64,000 nt of DNA from an uncultured Bacteroidales bacterium (lineage in GTDB: Bacteria; Bacteroidota; Bacteroidia; Bacteroidales; UBA10428). The notes under the pieces were generated by a model. The model did not search any database, was not told the DNA's origin, and was given only the letters and a program-made list of their open reading frames with translations. A program made the translations under genes and the position numbers. Position 1 is the first letter of the stretch. Each line of letters begins with the position of its first letter. Positions 47,707 through 56,632 of this stretch are shown piece after piece. Location: contig CAZTSR010000006.1 of NCBI GenBank assembly GCA_964615995.1, positions 11,055 through 75,054 of the forward strand, given 5' to 3'.

Positions 47707-48897
47707 TCAGATCCGTGAAAAAATTAAAGTAGAATTACTCCCTCCAAAGCCAAAGGAATTCGACATGACATGAAGAACATTTTCTGAAGCCACAGATGTT
47801 TGAAGCGAAAATGAACATTCAGGCATGGGTTCAGAAAAATTCACTGCCGGAAGTACAATCTGGTTTTTCAGGGCCAGTGCGGAGAAAACCGCTTCCACTG
47901 CTCCTGCAGCACCTAAAGTGTGACCGGTAAAACCTTTGGTGGAACTCACCGGAGGTATGGATGATCCAAAAATGGTCTCAATAGCTCTGCCTTCCGACAA
48001 ATCATTAATCTCCGTACCCGTTCCATGTGCGTTAATATAGCTGATGTCTGACGCATTAAGCCGTGCACATTCCAAAGCCTGGCGCATTGCCATGGCAGCA
48101 CCAATACCTTCAGACGTGGAGGCTGTAGCGTGATATGCTTCATTAATGTTTGCATATCCGGAGACTTCGCAGATAATATGTCGGGGATCAGCCGTTTCTT
48201 CAGATTCGAGAACGACAAAGGCAGCTGCTTCCCCAATAGTAAGTCCGTTTCTGTTTTTATCAAAAGGCCTGCATCCGGTTGGAGATAATATTTCCAATGC
48301 ATGAAAGCCGTTTAAAGTAAACCGGGTAAGCGCATCGGTGCCTCCGGCAACAACACGCTGCAATTTTCTGTTTTGTATAAGCCTTGCACCAAGCAAAATG
48401 GCATTGGCAGATGAGGAACAGGCTGTGGAAATAGTGGTGATATTTCTTCTGATGCCCAGATACCCTGCAACACGCTCACCACTGTCGGCACTATCGTATG
48501 AATTAATAAAATCTTTATATAAGTCATTTTGTAACAGGGACAAATAGTGCTGTTCGTTCAGATCCATGCCACCAACAGTGGTTGCAAAAACAGCTCCTGT
48601 TTCTTTTTCCAGGGCATTTTTCCAGCCCGAAGATAAAACGGCCTGTTGTGCTGCAATAAGTGCGAGCAAGGTATTACGGGAAATGGTTCTATCAGAACCC
48701 TCTTTAGGTGCCATAGCAACCAGTTCCTCATTGGAATAGCTGATTTGAGCAACAGGTATGTTACTTCTTTCTGATGGGAACAGGGTAAGCCTTGTGATCC
48801 CTGATTGCAATTGACGGAAGGATTTCAGGGTTTCTTCGGTACCGTTGCCTATTGCCGAAATAATGCCCATCCCGGTAACAAAAACCCTGGGGCGCAT
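47707..48897 (-). CDS. beta-ketoacyl-ACP synthase
   Basis: VFVTGMGIISAIG, ISTACSSSANAILLG, HGTGT, GHTLGAAG, NSFGFGGSNSTLIF. Confidence 0.9.
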   Translation of the reverse strand: MRPRVFVTGMGIISAIGNGTEETLKSFRQLQSGITRLTLFPSERSNIPVAQISYSNEELVAMAPKEGSDRTISRNTLLALIAAQQAVLSSGWKNALEKETGAVFATTVGGMDLNEQHYLSLLQNDLYKDFINSYDSADSGERVAGYLGIRRNITTISTACSSSANAILLGARLIQNRKLQRVVAGGTDALTRFTLNGFHALEILSPTGCRPFDKNRNGLTIGEAAAFVVLESEETADPRHIICEVSGYANINEAYHATASTSEGIGAAMAMRQALECARLNASDISYINAHGTGTEINDLSEGRAIETIFGSSIPPVSSTKGFTGHTLGAAGAVEAVFSALALKNQIVLPAVNFSEPMPECSFSLQTSVASENVLHVMSNSFGFGGSNSTLIFSRI

Positions 48898-49160
48898 TAT
48901 TTTTGCTGATTACGGTGATTCATGATGCATTCTGCCATAGCTCTGACGTTTTTCAAAACATTACGTCTTTCCTTAGGATCTTCAATCTTAACTCCATATT
49001 TCCGTTCCATAAGCAAAATTAACTCAAGCGCGTCGATAGAATCGAGTCCCAACCCTTCAACAAACAAAGGAGTATCCGCGTCAAAATCCTCAGGAACCAC
49101 ATCTTCAAGTGATAATGCTTCAATAATATCCAGTTTCAGCTGTTCGATAAGTTCTTCCAT
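48897..49160 (-). CDS. acyl carrier protein
   Basis: 87 aa with GLGLDSIDALELI. Confidence 0.85.
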   Translation of the reverse strand: MEELIEQLKLDIIEALSLEDVVPEDFDADTPLFVEGLGLDSIDALELILLMERKYGVKIEDPKERRNVLKNVRAMAECIMNHRNQQK

Positions 49161-49304
49161 AGTAGCAATTCAATAACAACAAGTAATAGATTCAGTCATA
49201 ATATTTTCGAAGCCCAAATCACAGGCTCCTTTTTAAGGCCGTGAAAGATATAAAAAGTAAATCAAACCCAATCAAAGCTATTTAATATTTTTAAGTTTTA
49301 CAGA

Positions 49305-50585
49305 TTATTCAAACTCACGGCTGAATTTGTGATAATAGGAAGCTATAAAGAGACATCCAAATGAAAATAGCAACAACCAGATTCCATTTTTATAAACATC
49401 AACCAGTGCGGCATTCCTTACTAAAATATCATAAAACCCGTTCAATCCCCAGTTTAAAGGAGAAACAATGCTGATTTCACGTAAAAAAGGAGGCATTACA
49501 AAAACAGGCACCCAAATTCCTCCAATAGCAGCCAGAATTACAACAGATATGGACGCAAAAACAGCTGCCTGCTGATGTGTTTTTGCAATAGTACCCACAG
49601 CAATGCCATAACCGATGGCTGCCATCGAAGCACAAAAGGCAATGATGGTGAGGTTGATGATCTTGCCGTAAACCTCCAGAGCAGGCAGACCGATCAAGGG
49701 AAATAAATATACCCCCATCAGCATAATCATTGCAAACTGAAGCAGGCAAACGACCAGGAAGACCGAAATTTTGCTCAGCATGATTTTCGTATAAGAACAC
49801 GGCATGGTTAACAATCGTGAAAGGCTTCCATCTTCACGCTCTTTAATCATGGCACTAGCAAAGGGGATTACGATGAAAAACATGGCAAAAAGCGTCCAGG
49901 CAGGCACATTGTGTTGTACCGCATTGGGAATAATGGTTTTATTCCTTCTGGCCACATACTCTTCCGTATAAAATACGGTTTCCTGATGGATGATGTTCAG
50001 GTTAGGCAGGGACATCATCATCCGGCTGTTGATCTCCCGGGTCAGTTCGTTTAAAACAATCCGTGATTCAACCTTTGAAGAGAACTCCCTAATGGACCCC
50101 TGTAAGGTAGAACGCAGTGACGTTTTGGTGGCCGGATCCACATACAACCGGATAAAAAGCGAGTCAAATTGCTGTGGCTTTGCCGTGGAATCACCAGAAA
50201 ACACCTGATCCACATTATTCTTAACCTTTTTTCGGATCTTCTCAGTAGCATGAGGGGGAATTACAATGCCAATCTGATATTTACCAGAAGCAACAGCCTC
50301 TTTTACAATCGAATCAGAAGGAATCTGCCCGTCAATGGTAGTATGTATTCTGAAAAAGTTCGATTTTGCAATTTCTCCTTCAATTGCTGCGCCAAGTGAA
50401 TCTGGATCCTGATTCAGGAGAATAAGGTTGATTCCGCTCTCGTTAATTGCATTAAAGGTATTATTCTGCAGACTGGTCATAATCAAAACCAGGGCCATAG
50501 GCATAATAAAAAGCATCGCCAGGCCGGCTTTATCCCGAATAATAACCAGAAAATCCTTATATGCCAGTTTTATCGCTGTTCTCAT
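49305..50585 (-). CDS. ABC-2 type transporter permease
   Basis: N-terminal TM helix, a large extracytoplasmic loop, then 5 C-terminal TM helices. 426 aa. Sits 3 nt downstream of the ATPase gene. Confidence 0.8.
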   Translation of the reverse strand: MRTAIKLAYKDFLVIIRDKAGLAMLFIMPMALVLIMTSLQNNTFNAINESGINLILLNQDPDSLGAAIEGEIAKSNFFRIHTTIDGQIPSDSIVKEAVASGKYQIGIVIPPHATEKIRKKVKNNVDQVFSGDSTAKPQQFDSLFIRLYVDPATKTSLRSTLQGSIREFSSKVESRIVLNELTREINSRMMMSLPNLNIIHQETVFYTEEYVARRNKTIIPNAVQHNVPAWTLFAMFFIVIPFASAMIKEREDGSLSRLLTMPCSYTKIMLSKISVFLVVCLLQFAMIMLMGVYLFPLIGLPALEVYGKIINLTIIAFCASMAAIGYGIAVGTIAKTHQQAAVFASISVVILAAIGGIWVPVFVMPPFLREISIVSPLNWGLNGFYDILVRNAALVDVYKNGIWLLLFSFGCLFIASYYHKFSREFE

Positions 50586-50588
50586 AGC

Positions 50589-51341
50589 TCAATCCCTTAA
50601 TGCCCTGCCGGTAAGTTCTAGAAAAATATCTTCCAGTGTCGAATCGGGTCTGCTTTCTTCTTTGATTTTCCGCAGAGATCCCTTGGTGATGATCTCGCCT
50701 TCATCAATAATGGCGATATGAGAGCATAGATTTTCGGCCTCCTCAAGATAATGTGATGTATAGACGATGGTTGTCCCCTTGCGGTTAATTTCAAACAAAT
50801 TATCAATAATCACATTTTTGGAATGCACGTCTACACCGACTGTAGGCTCATCCAGGAACACAATCTGAGGATCGTGAATGATTCCGGCAATCAGGTTGAG
50901 TCTTCTTTTCATACCCCCTGAAAAATGTCCCATTTGATGGTGCTGGCTTTTTGTAAGACCAAAAACATCGAGCCATTTATCAATTTTTTTCTTTAAATCA
51001 GCACCCTTGAGCCCACATATGCCTCCAAAAACAGAAAGATTCTCACGTGCTGTAAGCGTAGGATATAAAGCAATATCCTGAGGAACAACACCGATGATCC
51101 GCTTTATTTTTGCAGGTTCACGACGCAGTGAAAATCCACCAATGGTAATTTCTCCTTCAGTAGGCTTGAGAAGTCCGCAAAGGATTTTAATCATGGTGGT
51201 TTTTCCGGCGCCGTTAGGTCCCAATAAACCTGAAATCATGCCTTCGGGAAAATCAAAGCTTACATTTTGGATTGCAGGCCTGGAATTTCCTTTATACCAC
51301 TTGGTCAGGTTTTCAACACGTATAATCGGATTTTCTCCCAT
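50589..51341 (-). CDS. ABC transporter ATP-binding protein
   Basis: Walker A GPNGAGKTT, signature FSGGMKRRL, Walker B IVFLDEPT. Confidence 0.9.
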   Translation of the reverse strand: MGENPIIRVENLTKWYKGNSRPAIQNVSFDFPEGMISGLLGPNGAGKTTMIKILCGLLKPTEGEITIGGFSLRREPAKIKRIIGVVPQDIALYPTLTARENLSVFGGICGLKGADLKKKIDKWLDVFGLTKSQHHQMGHFSGGMKRRLNLIAGIIHDPQIVFLDEPTVGVDVHSKNVIIDNLFEINRKGTTIVYTSHYLEEAENLCSHIAIIDEGEIITKGSLRKIKEESRPDSTLEDIFLELTGRALRD

Positions 51342-52342
51342 TACATTTCTATTTTTCGCAGCCGTGTAAATATGGCTTCTTCCTTATCAGCAATTTGATT
51401 GAGTTGATCAGCCAGTGTGTCATAAGTAATGCCGGCGTTATCACGGTTTTTGAAACATCTGGAGGCCTGAACGGCAAAATCCCTCCAAAGATCACCAACA
51501 GCAGTCATTTCTGTGCTCATCTCATTGAGCCAGGGTTGCTGCATGATTTCAGCGCTCTCCTGCAAGAAAGCAGCATATATAAACCGAAAGCCTGCACCAC
51601 CTGTTCCGATTTCCTCAAGCATACGAATCACCTGTCCCAGGTTATGGGCTGCTAATTTCTGACCGAATTTGGCAGGCCATTTTCGCATTCTTTTAGCAAG
51701 AAACCGGATGCCTTTTACTCCAAACATAGGCACGGGTATGGTAAGCATATCGGTAGCAGTTTTTTTGATACCTTTTACAATTGCAGGTCTGAGATCCGGA
51801 TGATCGGGAACATGATCGATATAATACATGCGCCCCTTTGGGGGATAAGTACCCTGAGCATAGCGCACACGGGCAAGCTCTTCTCTGGTAAGTGTTTCAA
51901 TTTGCTCCATTACGGGATCGCTCACAAAATAGAGGTCGCCTTCTTTTCCAAATACTGTAATGTTATGCGCATTAAAATGGAAGCGGTATTCTTTCGGGAA
52001 ATAGGGCAGTTGAAATACACCAACCAGCATACCAACCGGAACACCTCTGTCGAGCAATTTATCGAGTTCCCGCATAGCTGCCTCCGGATTCCGGAATTTC
52101 CTGCGTGTTACATGGATACCCATTCGCCGTGTAACCCTGTCAAAAATCCATCCCGGTAATATGCGAAAAGAAGTTACAGCAATTCCATTAAGCTTTATAA
52201 AGGGCATGTGGGAAAAGAAAAAACCCGAACCAATACCGAAAACCATGGGTTCGCTCAGGTTTATACCATAATGTTTTAACAAGTTGGAGGTTACCCCATT
52301 TTCACAATGGGCGGCCTGGTAGTGTTTAAAATCAATTTTCAT
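51341..52342 (-). CDS. BtrH N-terminal domain (DUF4872) protein, papain-like fold acyl-carrier-dependent transferase family
   Basis: FKHYQAAHCENGVTSNLLKHYGINLSEPMVFGIGSGFFF matches my recollection of the BtrH_N pattern, with the candidate Cys in HCE. 333 aa. Confidence 0.6.
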   Translation of the reverse strand: MKIDFKHYQAAHCENGVTSNLLKHYGINLSEPMVFGIGSGFFFSHMPFIKLNGIAVTSFRILPGWIFDRVTRRMGIHVTRRKFRNPEAAMRELDKLLDRGVPVGMLVGVFQLPYFPKEYRFHFNAHNITVFGKEGDLYFVSDPVMEQIETLTREELARVRYAQGTYPPKGRMYYIDHVPDHPDLRPAIVKGIKKTATDMLTIPVPMFGVKGIRFLAKRMRKWPAKFGQKLAAHNLGQVIRMLEEIGTGGAGFRFIYAAFLQESAEIMQQPWLNEMSTEMTAVGDLWRDFAVQASRCFKNRDNAGITYDTLADQLNQIADKEEAIFTRLRKIEM

Positions 52343-52763
52343 GATTCAGCTTCATCTCTCTGATTAGGTCAATATTTACCAGGTTTTCAACAGAAATATT
52401 TAAAATAGTCGCGTATTGCGTAAGAATATCGGCAGAGATTTTTTTAAAGTTTTTCATTTTAAGATGCCTTCTTACCTTCCATTTGGATAATCCGGTATAC
52501 CCCGAAAGGATGGGAACATCCATAACATTGAGTTCCATATAAAAAGCCAGAGGACTTAATTTACCGGAAAGCACACCCTGTCTTGCAGCTTCTGTTTTCT
52601 CATAAACCAAAGACCATGCAAGATCCATCGCATCGTTCTTTGGCTTCCAGCCCTGACTCAGCGTACTGGTATATTTGCCATTTTTATCCACGGCATAACT
52701 GAGATCACTAACGCGTCCGGGAACCAGATATCCTTTATCCTGTGGAACCTCATCAATCTTCAT
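52332..52763 (-). CDS. hypothetical protein with C-terminal XRE-like helix-turn-helix
   Basis: 143 aa. SGYTGLSKWKVRRHLKMKNFKKISADILTQYATILNISVENL looks like an HTH_XRE segment. The N-terminal half is unrecognised. Confidence 0.4.
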   Translation of the reverse strand: MKIDEVPQDKGYLVPGRVSDLSYAVDKNGKYTSTLSQGWKPKNDAMDLAWSLVYEKTEAARQGVLSGKLSPLAFYMELNVMDVPILSGYTGLSKWKVRRHLKMKNFKKISADILTQYATILNISVENLVNIDLIREMKLNHEN

Positions 52764-52804
52764 TTCAACAGTCTTTTAGAATCAAAAATGTTTCAGATAA
52801 CTGC

Positions 52805-53974
52805 CTAGCAAACTGTAAGTAATGCGTAAGCATAAGTAAACCGTGCACTTTCAGGTACCTGAATCAATATTTTCTGTCCCTTTTTCACATCTTTGGTACG
52901 CAACAACTCTTCAAGCATGAGAATAAACGAAACCGTAGCCACGTTGCCTACCTGGGAAAGATTGGTAAACCATTTTTCGCGGGGAATGGATATGCCTGAT
53001 TCATCAAGTTGTTTAAATATGGGTTCCCTGAAAAATTCTGATGACAGATGAGGAAGAAAATAGTCAATTGTGCTGATATCAAAATTGCGTTTTTCAATAA
53101 TCTCCTGTAAAAACTGTGCACCAAACTTAACGATGTGTTCACCCAACATTCGCGTATCCTGTTTCAGTGAAAAAATGGACTTTGTAAGCCATTTTTCAGG
53201 GTCAATTCTCGACCAACCGATAATTTCACCATTTTCAGTTTTGTCACCTCCTGCATACATACAGGTTTCCTTTTCATTGGCATATGACTTGATGTCAATC
53301 CATTCAATTCTTAAAGGCTGCTTACCGACAGGTTTATTTTGAAGGAGTACGGCACCGGCAGCGTCGGAGAGCATCCAGCGCAGAAATTCTTTTTCAAAGG
53401 CAAGCATGGGATTCTCTTTGAGCAATGCCTCATTTTCGGTTTCTTTTTCGAAGTATTTCGAAAGCATCCAGCACGACAGAACCTCAGAACCAGTACAAAC
53501 AGCATTTGTAGTGCTACCCGAAAGAATTGAGAGATAAGAAAACTTAAGTGCCTGCATGCTGGCACAACATGATCCGGCAAACGATGATATTTCTATTGAA
53601 GGTATATCAAGCAATCCATGCACCATTGATGCATGCGAGGGCATAATCTGATCCGGTGAGGCTGTACCGCAGGCCAACAACTGTATATCTTCTTTCTTAA
53701 ACTGATCATTAAAAAGCAGCTTTACAGCTTCTGCTGCCATCTGCGCATTGGAATGAGTTTGAATCCCTCCCTTTTGCATTGCATAATAACGATTTACAAT
53801 TCCGTTATTCCGCAGAACAATTCTTCTGGCTTTTGATGGCTTTCCATCAATCATACCCAAATACTGCTCCATCTCATCATTAGCGACGGGACTGTTGGGA
53901 AGAAATTTTGTAATGTTTGTAATAAAGACCTCGTTAGACATAGAAAATTGAAATATACGCGTTTCTGACCCCAT
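52805..53974 (-). CDS. darB: FabH-like (KAS III) ketosynthase, DarB-type
   Basis: KAS III fold with active-site context FAGSCCASMQALKFSY. Lies directly downstream of the DarA-like gene. The start is either 53974 (abutting the darA stop) or the Met at 53941 (MSNEVFITN...). Confidence 0.8.
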   Translation of the reverse strand: MGSETRIFQFSMSNEVFITNITKFLPNSPVANDEMEQYLGMIDGKPSKARRIVLRNNGIVNRYYAMQKGGIQTHSNAQMAAEAVKLLFNDQFKKEDIQLLACGTASPDQIMPSHASMVHGLLDIPSIEISSFAGSCCASMQALKFSYLSILSGSTTNAVCTGSEVLSCWMLSKYFEKETENEALLKENPMLAFEKEFLRWMLSDAAGAVLLQNKPVGKQPLRIEWIDIKSYANEKETCMYAGGDKTENGEIIGWSRIDPEKWLTKSIFSLKQDTRMLGEHIVKFGAQFLQEIIEKRNFDISTIDYFLPHLSSEFFREPIFKQLDESGISIPREKWFTNLSQVGNVATVSFILMLEELLRTKDVKKGQKILIQVPESARFTYAYALLTVC

Positions 53975-54946
53975 TTATACGGTATAGTACCCGAATAAGA
54001 CTGCAAAACTAAAAAAAACATTCATACCAGATGTTTTCAGTTGATATAAAGATATTTGTTTTTTTATGTGCTTAGCTCTGAAAGGTCGGATCATTGCATA
54101 AAGAAGGGATGCAAAAGGTGAAACCAGATATAATACCGCTAAAAGGTAATATTTAAATAACCTTACCCGAACCAGTCGTTTTTTATCTCCGTAGGCCCCT
54201 TTTTTTAGAATGAAATCAGCCCATAATTTGAAGAAGATGATACCGCGCTTTTCGAGCATGATTAATTGGGTCTCAATGGGAACTGCACCCAGTTCAATCA
54301 GCGATAGTCCTGCTTTTTCAATACTTTTTTCCAACAAAGCCTGTGCAATGCATGTCCCAAATTTTTTCGCATTGCGGATATCCTCTGCAGATACTCCGGC
54401 AGGAGGGATAATTTTTAAATACCGGCCCTTTTCGCCTTTAAACATCCACCGGATGATGGAAATGATGCTTAATAAATTTGCAGCCTTGTCATACAATACA
54501 ATATTACCTGCAAGCTTCCCATTTAATGCACGGATATATTCTTCAATTTTATTTTGTGCGTTGATCCACATATTGCGGCTGCCGATAACTGTAATAACAG
54601 GTTTCCCGGATATAAGTTTTTTTACAACTTCATTTTGAAAGAAAGCGTGAATGGGGATGCTTGGAGAAAGAAACCAAGGCTGATAGCCAACTATAATGAG
54701 GTCAAAAAACTCATCACCTTTTAATGACAAGGGTTCCATTTCACAAGGAATGCCTTTTACGCATTCAGGCATGGCCTGAAAAAACGCATCTGATGTCCAC
54801 GGGAAAGGGAAAAGGGGCCTGGGTTTTAACTCTTCATAGGTGATTTCAATATCTTCATAAGCGGCAAAGGGCTTCATTATGGAATGAAGAATATCTCTGA
54901 TCTGGCCGGTTTGGGTGTAATAAACAACGAGAACTTTTTTAGACAT
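53975..54946 (-). CDS. darA: dialkylresorcinol-condensing enzyme, DarA-type
   Basis: From the internal Met: MSKKVLVVYYTQTGQIRDIL (flavodoxin-like start, as I recall for DarA). Paired with a FabH-like gene, and has a C-terminal TM segment. The track start at 55051 adds an implausible 35-aa extension. Confidence 0.7.
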   Translation of the reverse strand: MSKKVLVVYYTQTGQIRDILHSIMKPFAAYEDIEITYEELKPRPLFPFPWTSDAFFQAMPECVKGIPCEMEPLSLKGDEFFDLIIVGYQPWFLSPSIPIHAFFQNEVVKKLISGKPVITVIGSRNMWINAQNKIEEYIRALNGKLAGNIVLYDKAANLLSIISIIRWMFKGEKGRYLKIIPPAGVSAEDIRNAKKFGTCIAQALLEKSIEKAGLSLIELGAVPIETQLIMLEKRGIIFFKLWADFILKKGAYGDKKRLVRVRLFKYYLLAVLYLVSPFASLLYAMIRPFRAKHIKKQISLYQLKTSGMNVFFSFAVLFGYYTV

Positions 54947-55284
54947 ACGGTTTACAAAATGACTTATAAATGTAAAAAAAGAAATGTGAAATGAAAAAAA
55001 AAGGATAAAAATCAAACATCCAGCATCCGGCATCCAGGTATCATTCTTCATTGAAATCTTTTTTATATTTGAGTAACCTTATATTCGAATTCATTCTATA
55101 TTAGAAATGTAGTTATGGGCAGCATCAAGAAAGAAGCAGATAATGATTAAGCCTGATAAAAACCGGCAGCAAAAAACACTTGAGTACTTAGAAAAGGACT
55201 TTTGGGGAAAGGCTACATTTGATTGTTATGTGGTAAAAAGAACTCATGAAACAAGAAAATTGCCTTAATCGCAACTGACAAAAG

Positions 55285-56241
55285 ATGACATTACCTAACA
55301 CTTTAAATATGACCCAAAATGTCAAACTCAAACAATGGAAATTTTCAAGATACCTTCCATTTATTAAATACAATACCTTAAAAAAAGATATCAATTTATT
55401 GTATTCCATTGTTTTATGGATATCAGGAAAAACAATTGTTCGTTCAAAACCTGCTTTTCTAAGAGTTGAAATCAGCAGGATGTGCAATGTGAGTTGCTTA
55501 TATTGCTTTGAAAAAAAAGAAAATCTGTTTTACCCTTACGATTTATATGTAAAACTCATTGATCAACTTAAAGGATATTTATTTCTGGTTTCATTATATG
55601 AAATAGGTGAACCTCTTGAAAATGAACGTATTATTGATTATATACTGTACGCAAAAAATAATAAAATAGGGACCATCATTTCAACAAATCTATCCATTGA
55701 AAAAGACGATATATTTTGGGAAAACCTTGTCATATCAGGACTTGACAGAATTGTCATCGCTATTGATGGAATTACCCCGGAAACTTATAATACCTACAGA
55801 AGACTTGGGAACCTGGAACTCGTTTTAGAAAATCTGAATAAAATTCTTTACTATAAAAAACTTCATGCCGCCAGCATCCTTATTGAGTGGCAAATGATTG
55901 ATTTCCCCTGGAACAGGAGTGAGCAGGTTAAAGCAAAAGAGTATGCACTAAAAATCGGATGTAATGAATTCCGGGTAATTCAGGATGTAACCAAGATAAG
56001 GAGAAATTATAAAAACACAGATTTTGTCCGGAAAAACAATTGCATATTAACCTACTTTTCTTTCAATGTGACTGCATATAATAAAGTGCGTCCTTGTACG
56101 AAAATATACAATGAGCCAATGATAATTGGCGATTTAAATTTTGAAAGTTTCAATGATGTATGGAATGGCAGTGAAATCTCGAGAATCAGAAATAAGCATC
56201 GAATAAAAGACAGAGCGGGATGCAAAACCTGTCCAGAATAA
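55285..56241 (+). CDS. radical SAM enzyme with a short Cys-containing (twitch / partial SPASM-like) C-terminal domain
   Basis: CX3CX2C in ISRMCNVSCLYCFEKK, and a GGE-like motif in YEIGEPL. C-terminal cysteines at NNCIL, RPCTK and GCKTCPE. The start could be a later Met. Confidence 0.8.
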   Translation: MTLPNTLNMTQNVKLKQWKFSRYLPFIKYNTLKKDINLLYSIVLWISGKTIVRSKPAFLRVEISRMCNVSCLYCFEKKENLFYPYDLYVKLIDQLKGYLFLVSLYEIGEPLENERIIDYILYAKNNKIGTIISTNLSIEKDDIFWENLVISGLDRIVIAIDGITPETYNTYRRLGNLELVLENLNKILYYKKLHAASILIEWQMIDFPWNRSEQVKAKEYALKIGCNEFRVIQDVTKIRRNYKNTDFVRKNNCILTYFSFNVTAYNKVRPCTKIYNEPMIIGDLNFESFNDVWNGSEISRIRNKHRIKDRAGCKTCPE

Positions 56242-56632
56242 TAACCTGCTGCAGACCCTTTTTTAACGAATCATTTCGATTAACTTGATAATAAATACGA
56301 AATACCTAACCTGCAGGCATTGTGCATATGTCAAAGCACTGCCACTAACAGCCGGTCATACGCAATTGCCGGACCGAGGGGTTGCTCATGTTGGTTCATT
56401 TGCTTATCTTGTGGATAACCCGACATGAAAGCGCTTTGAAGCGGCAACTGCGCATACGTGCGAACGTTAGCAACTATTTTATGAAACCATATACATGAGC
56501 CAGCATAGCAATGATATATTCCATGGGATTTTTGCATCAATTGGAAAATTTTGTATATTGTCCTGCGTCAAGACTGTATCCGAAATGAATCGAATAAAAG
56601 CCAGACTTTAACAAACTATAATGTGGTTTGTT

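Noticed and set aside
49273-49280. TAGCTTTG (minus strand) as a promoter for the ACP-KS-CLF operon. A similar TAGATTTG box lies at 40620-40627 upstream of the SOR-like gene, and another at 23414-23421 upstream of the beta-barrel gene.
   Set aside because: All are exact TAnnTTTG matches but sit 88-117 nt upstream of the start codons. Such 8-mers arise easily by chance in AT-rich spacers, so they are not reported as features.
55144-55236. 30-aa ORF (MIKPDKNRQQKTLEYLEKDFGERLHLIVMW) upstream of the radical SAM gene, as a possible RiPP precursor.
   Set aside because: It has no Cys, Ser or Thr-rich core and no recognisable leader or double-Gly motif. No peptidase or dedicated transporter is nearby, and the enzyme's neighbours are glycosyltransferases. 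The idea is unsupported.
55188-55487. 99-aa minus-strand ORF overlapping the radical SAM start.
   Set aside because: AT-rich shadow frame overlapping a well-supported radical SAM CDS. No motifs.
56331-56540. 69-aa minus-strand ORF in the GC-rich patch.
   Set aside because: No recognisable family, signal or TM features, and an odd His/Gln/Tyr-rich composition. The locus is treated as non-coding or a remnant pending a search.
56495-56611. 38-aa ORF (MSQHSNDIFHGIFASIGKFCILSCVKTVSEMNRIKARL) downstream of the radical SAM gene, as a possible RiPP precursor. A 36-aa ORF starts at about 56388.
   Set aside because: These are short frames in a region that may equally be structured RNA. They cannot be supported without conservation data. 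The region is kept only as part of the non-coding-patch finding.
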